In this document: positions 45,979 to 49,041 of the stretch, piece after piece | How the letters are laid out: each line of letters starts with the position of its first letter | Position numbering within the stretch: position 1 is the first letter of the stretch | Source: a virus | Taxonomy: Duplodnaviria; Caudoviricetes | Length of the DNA stretch: 49,041 bases | Direction: 5' to 3' (one strand) | IMG/VR virus record: IMGVR_UViG_3300042346_000870 | Coordinates: 1-49,041 of that record | Notes under the pieces: model-generated | What the model was told of the DNA's origin: nothing | What the model saw: the letters and a program-made list of their open reading frames with translations, nothing else | The model's database searches: none | Program-made: the position numbers and the translations under genes

Positions 45979-46746
45979 TTAAAGTGCTATGCTAAGCGAT
46001 GTGTTATTTAAGTTTATATTTTCTAAAAATGCCCCCGCAAATTTAACAAGTATTAATTTTGCTTTAGTTAAGTTAACGTTAGTAAAATTTGACTCAATAA
46101 AATCCGCTTTGTACGCTTTTGCATATGTTAAATCGCAGTCTAAAAATTTGCTACAATCTAACATCGCATTATTAAAATTTATTTTGCTTAAATTACAGTT
46201 ATAAAAATTAACTCTGTAAGCATATGCTTTTGTAAAATTAGCCTTACTTAAATCAGTATCTATAAAAGTTGCGCCCAGTAATTTAGCCTCGCTTAAATCA
46301 GAGTTTGTAAAATTACAAAATATAAACTTACAACTATTAAAATTAATATTAGTTAAATTAATATTACTTATTTGTATATTTTCAAAATGTATAAAGCTAA
46401 AATCTCTATGTCCACATTCGTAAGCTAGTATAACTTCTTCAGCTGTCATTTTGTTGTTCATTTTCTTATAGATATTTAATAAATTTATTATTTTAATTTG
46501 TGTAAATTTATGAGCAAGATCTAAAGCTGTATAACCATATTCATCTTTAACATCAACATTAGCCCCCAGCTTTATAAGTAGCTCAACTGCTTCAACGTCG
46601 CACGTTATTGCGGCGTACATCAGCATAGTATATCCGTATTCATCTTGTGTGTTAATATCTGCACCAAGTTTTATAAGTCTCTCAACTCCGACATAATCTT
46701 TATTAATATAAGCCCTAATTAAAACACTAGTTAGTAATGATATCAT
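45979..46746 (-). CDS. Ankyrin repeat + pentapeptide repeat fusion protein
   Basis: LIKLGADINTQDEYGYTMLMYA / LIKLGANVDVKDEYGYTALDLA, then AYECGHRDFS and pentapeptides. Confidence 0.9.
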   Translation of the reverse strand: MISLLTSVLIRAYINKDYVGVERLIKLGADINTQDEYGYTMLMYAAITCDVEAVELLIKLGANVDVKDEYGYTALDLAHKFTQIKIINLLNIYKKMNNKMTAEEVILAYECGHRDFSFIHFENIQISNINLTNINFNSCKFIFCNFTNSDLSEAKLLGATFIDTDLSKANFTKAYAYRVNFYNCNLSKINFNNAMLDCSKFLDCDLTYAKAYKADFIESNFTNVNLTKAKLILVKFAGAFLENINLNNTSLSIAL

Positions 46747-46858
46747 CTTCTTACCTTTTTAAAAATTAATACATTAATGTAAGCTATTGCTAACTTACAT
46801 TAGATATTAACTTTAATTTGTTATAGTAATTCTAAAATATTTTTTATCAATTAACATA

Positions 46859-47071
46859 TTACCCCAGCCTTTTACTCAAAGTTACATACATTTCATATCT
46901 ACAAAACGCATTACCACCGCACACACTTTCAAATTTCCAACCTTTTTCTTTCATTTTATTAATATATTTATTTATTTTAAGCTCTACACGATCTCTAGCT
47001 GATAATTTAAAGTTGCAAAAACCATCATTTGCAACAGTTAGTCTTTTGCATATTGTTCTCATATTATTCAC
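46859..47071 (-). CDS. Hypothetical protein
   Basis: 70 aa, first gene after the leftward promoter. Confidence 0.55.
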   Translation of the reverse strand: MNNMRTICKRLTVANDGFCNFKLSARDRVELKINKYINKMKEKGWKFESVCGGNAFCRYEMYVTLSKRLG

Positions 47072-47109
47072 CTTTTTAAAATTTGTTTCTTTTTTTACTC
47101 TATGACAGT

Positions 47110-47138
47110 ATTATAACACTATCTATATAAGATGTCAA
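47110..47138 (-). promoter_or_regulatory. Leftward consensus sigma70 promoter
   Basis: TTGACA-N17-TATAAT with TG on the - strand. Confidence 0.8.
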
Positions 47139-47697
47139 ATAATATTACGCATAAGATGTAATATATATTGTAAGTTACTGATTTCATTGATAACTATTTT
47201 TGAAATAAATTGAAATAAATTGAAATAATTATAGATATTTATTATATTATATGAGTTTGTCGAGATTATCGACGAAATGAGATATAAATTAAAATGCAAA
47301 TTAGATAGATAATAGTTAAATATAGTAGATGATATTATGATATAATGTTGTATGTGAGTCTATGCTTATGGATATTACCCCTTAGTTCTTGGCTAGCTTC
47401 CCCTTCCACTCCTCTACCTACCACTCAACCGTCCCAAAGGTTTTCACTTGCTCCACTTGTTGCAATATTATTCGCTTATGTGTTACTTGTTACTACAAAT
47501 ATTACTATTAATAAATAATAATAGACTTGTTTTTATTTTTGGTGCGTATATCGTGTATAGTATAGCGTCGTTTATGACAGATTATATCTCTTAGTGAGTA
47601 CAGATAACTGTATAATAATTTGTCGGGTTGAACTAGCCCACTTTCGATATTATACTACAAATAAAAAAAGGTCAGCAAAATATAATAACAAAAATAT

Positions 47698-47726
47698 TTG
47701 ACGATTGACAACAAAAATGGTACAAT
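47698..47726 (+). promoter_or_regulatory. Promoter for the terminase operon
   Basis: TTGACG-N17-TACAAT with TG. Confidence 0.65.
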
Positions 47727-47762
47727 TACACCAATAATTAATCGGTGTAAATGGTGTAAATA

Positions 47763-48359
47763 ATGGCTGGTAAGAGAAAAATCACAGATAAACAGTGGCT
47801 TGAGATAAAACAGATGTATGAAATGGGTGTCAAAGTTAGAGATATTGCAGCAAAATATGATTATGATCATGCTAATATTATTCGCAAAGCTAAAAAATTG
47901 GGCTGGATAAATGGCTCAACAATGCAGATAGTACAAGCAAAAGCTGAAGCGATTAAAGATATTATTACAATTGACGCCCACTTACACCAAAACAAATCTG
48001 AATTTGAGAGAGAAATAATCAACGAGAGAGTATTAGAGCTAGCTGAGTTAAAATATCAAGCACAAACTTATCAAAGTACAATGTTTGACGTGTTAAATTT
48101 AGCAGCTAATCAAGCAAAAAAAATCGTTGCTAATAATGTTGATGGCACATACATAAAAGCGGAGGGCGCTAATGGCACAACGTATGGCTTAACTAGCGAG
48201 ATAATACGCAATTTAACCCCCGCTATGACAGCGGCTAACGCTATATTAGGTGTTGGTAAAGAAACAGCGGCAGTACAAATTAATAACAATGGTGTAGAGG
48301 AGACTAGTCAAGTCAAAATCTACATTCCTGACAACAAAAGAAGTAAAAATAAATTATAA
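47763..48359 (+). CDS. terS: Terminase small subunit
   Basis: N-terminal HTH (W.EIK..YE.G..VR.IA.KY...I.RKAKK.GW), VQINNN, C-terminal IYIPDN; upstream of terL across the junction. Confidence 0.8.
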   Translation: MAGKRKITDKQWLEIKQMYEMGVKVRDIAAKYDYDHANIIRKAKKLGWINGSTMQIVQAKAEAIKDIITIDAHLHQNKSEFEREIINERVLELAELKYQAQTYQSTMFDVLNLAANQAKKIVANNVDGTYIKAEGANGTTYGLTSEIIRNLTPAMTAANAILGVGKETAAVQINNNGVEETSQVKIYIPDNKRSKNKL

Positions 48360-48372
48360 AAAGGAAAAAATA

Positions 48373-48765
48373 ATGGCTAAATTAGTAAAATTTAACGTGC
48401 GCACAGAATTTCACAATATTCCAGATGACAAATATAAACACGAATTGGATTTGATGGAGAAGTTAGAAGATGAGGACTGGGAAAAATATGCACGTAAGTT
48501 GACTAGCTCACGTAGTAAATATCAGTACGTGCAGGTGGGAATCGGGCAAGAAGTAGCTGTACCAAATTGGTATTATGACGCCCACAAAGACGACAAAATC
48601 AATATGGGCTTGTCATTTGATAAATATCGTGATGCAGGTGGCAATATAATACCATTTAATACAGCTGAAGCTATGCGCCATGGTGATTTGCAGAATCTTG
48701 ACGATACTATGCAGACAGTGAGCAGATTTGAGCTTGTAAAAGACTTAGACAGTAAAATTAAATGA
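48373..48765 (+). CDS. Hypothetical protein
   Basis: 130 aa, RBS AAGGA. Confidence 0.65.
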   Translation: MAKLVKFNVRTEFHNIPDDKYKHELDLMEKLEDEDWEKYARKLTSSRSKYQYVQVGIGQEVAVPNWYYDAHKDDKINMGLSFDKYRDAGGNIIPFNTAEAMRHGDLQNLDDTMQTVSRFELVKDLDSKIK

Positions 48766-48932
48766 CGCAATATTTTGAAGACAGAATTATAATAAAAATC
48801 AATACTAATGATTATGCTAATTCATTAATTATTGATAAAAGAAAATTTGTAAACGATAAACAGTATACATTTAAAGTAAATGACAAAATTGTACACTTAT
48901 GTAAACAAGAATTGGATAGTAAAGCTAAATAA
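48762..48932 (+). CDS. Small hypothetical protein (56 aa), absent from ORF track
   Basis: Manual translation MTQYFEDRII...ELDSKAK; ATGA and TAATG overlaps. Confidence 0.55.
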   Translation: MTQYFEDRIIIKINTNDYANSLIIDKRKFVNDKQYTFKVNDKIVHLCKQELDSKAK

Positions 48933-49041
48933 TGACTCAATCTAAATTAACTGCTCAGCAAGCTATAAATAAATTTGTCAAAAAGAAGCAAGATAGACAA
49001 AATAGACAAATAGTAATGCTATGTAAAACGAGTAATATATT
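48913..49041. repeat. Terminal direct repeat (copy 2)
   Basis: Matches 1-129 with one mismatch. Confidence 0.9.

Noticed and set aside
32505-46204. Opposite-strand or overlapping ORFs 32505-32753, 33802-34071, 35079-35306, 38183-38386, 39936-40127, 44627-44830, 45155-45370, 45989-46204
   Set aside because: Shadow frames of better-supported genes or of the structured leader
1-49041. Alternative genetic code, tRNA genes, introns or inteins
   Set aside because: Genes tile densely under the standard code with all three stops used; TerL and DnaB have normal lengths; no tRNA cloverleaf recognised by eye (tRNAscan would be decisive)

Overview
Apparently complete (circularly closed, about 48,912 bp unit; 129-bp end overlap) AT-rich tailed dsDNA phage with a contractile tail, infecting a Gram-negative host (it encodes Rz/Rz1-like spanins and an outer-membrane beta-barrel). 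The + strand carries TerS/TerL, a Mu-like but reshuffled head, neck, sheath and baseplate module (portal downstream of the major capsid gene), and two fibre modules. Two leftward blocks carry lysis genes (M15 endolysin, spanins), RusA, SSB, YqaJ exonuclease, Sak, pentapeptide and ankyrin proteins and a nucleotidyltransferase. A rightward block carries an RHH protein, a replication initiator with internal iterons, DnaB and a C5 methyltransferase. No integrase, transposase, CI-type repressor, reverse transcriptase, tRNA or CRISPR array was seen. Most notable: (1) two consecutive -1 frameshift signals, the usual chaperone G/GT shift plus a second one (GGGAAAG and a 3' stem-loop) predicted to add a lytic transglycosylase domain to a fraction of tape-measure molecules; (2) a KilA-N cassette bracketed by twin promoters with a structured leader and a candidate cognate antisense RNA; (3) several other structured non-coding elements (replication-gene attenuator, promoter-driven multi-hairpin locus, late-gene hairpin motif); (4) a predicted [LMF]-[SG]-E head-maturation motif. 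Family assignments come from motif recognition by eye, not database searches.
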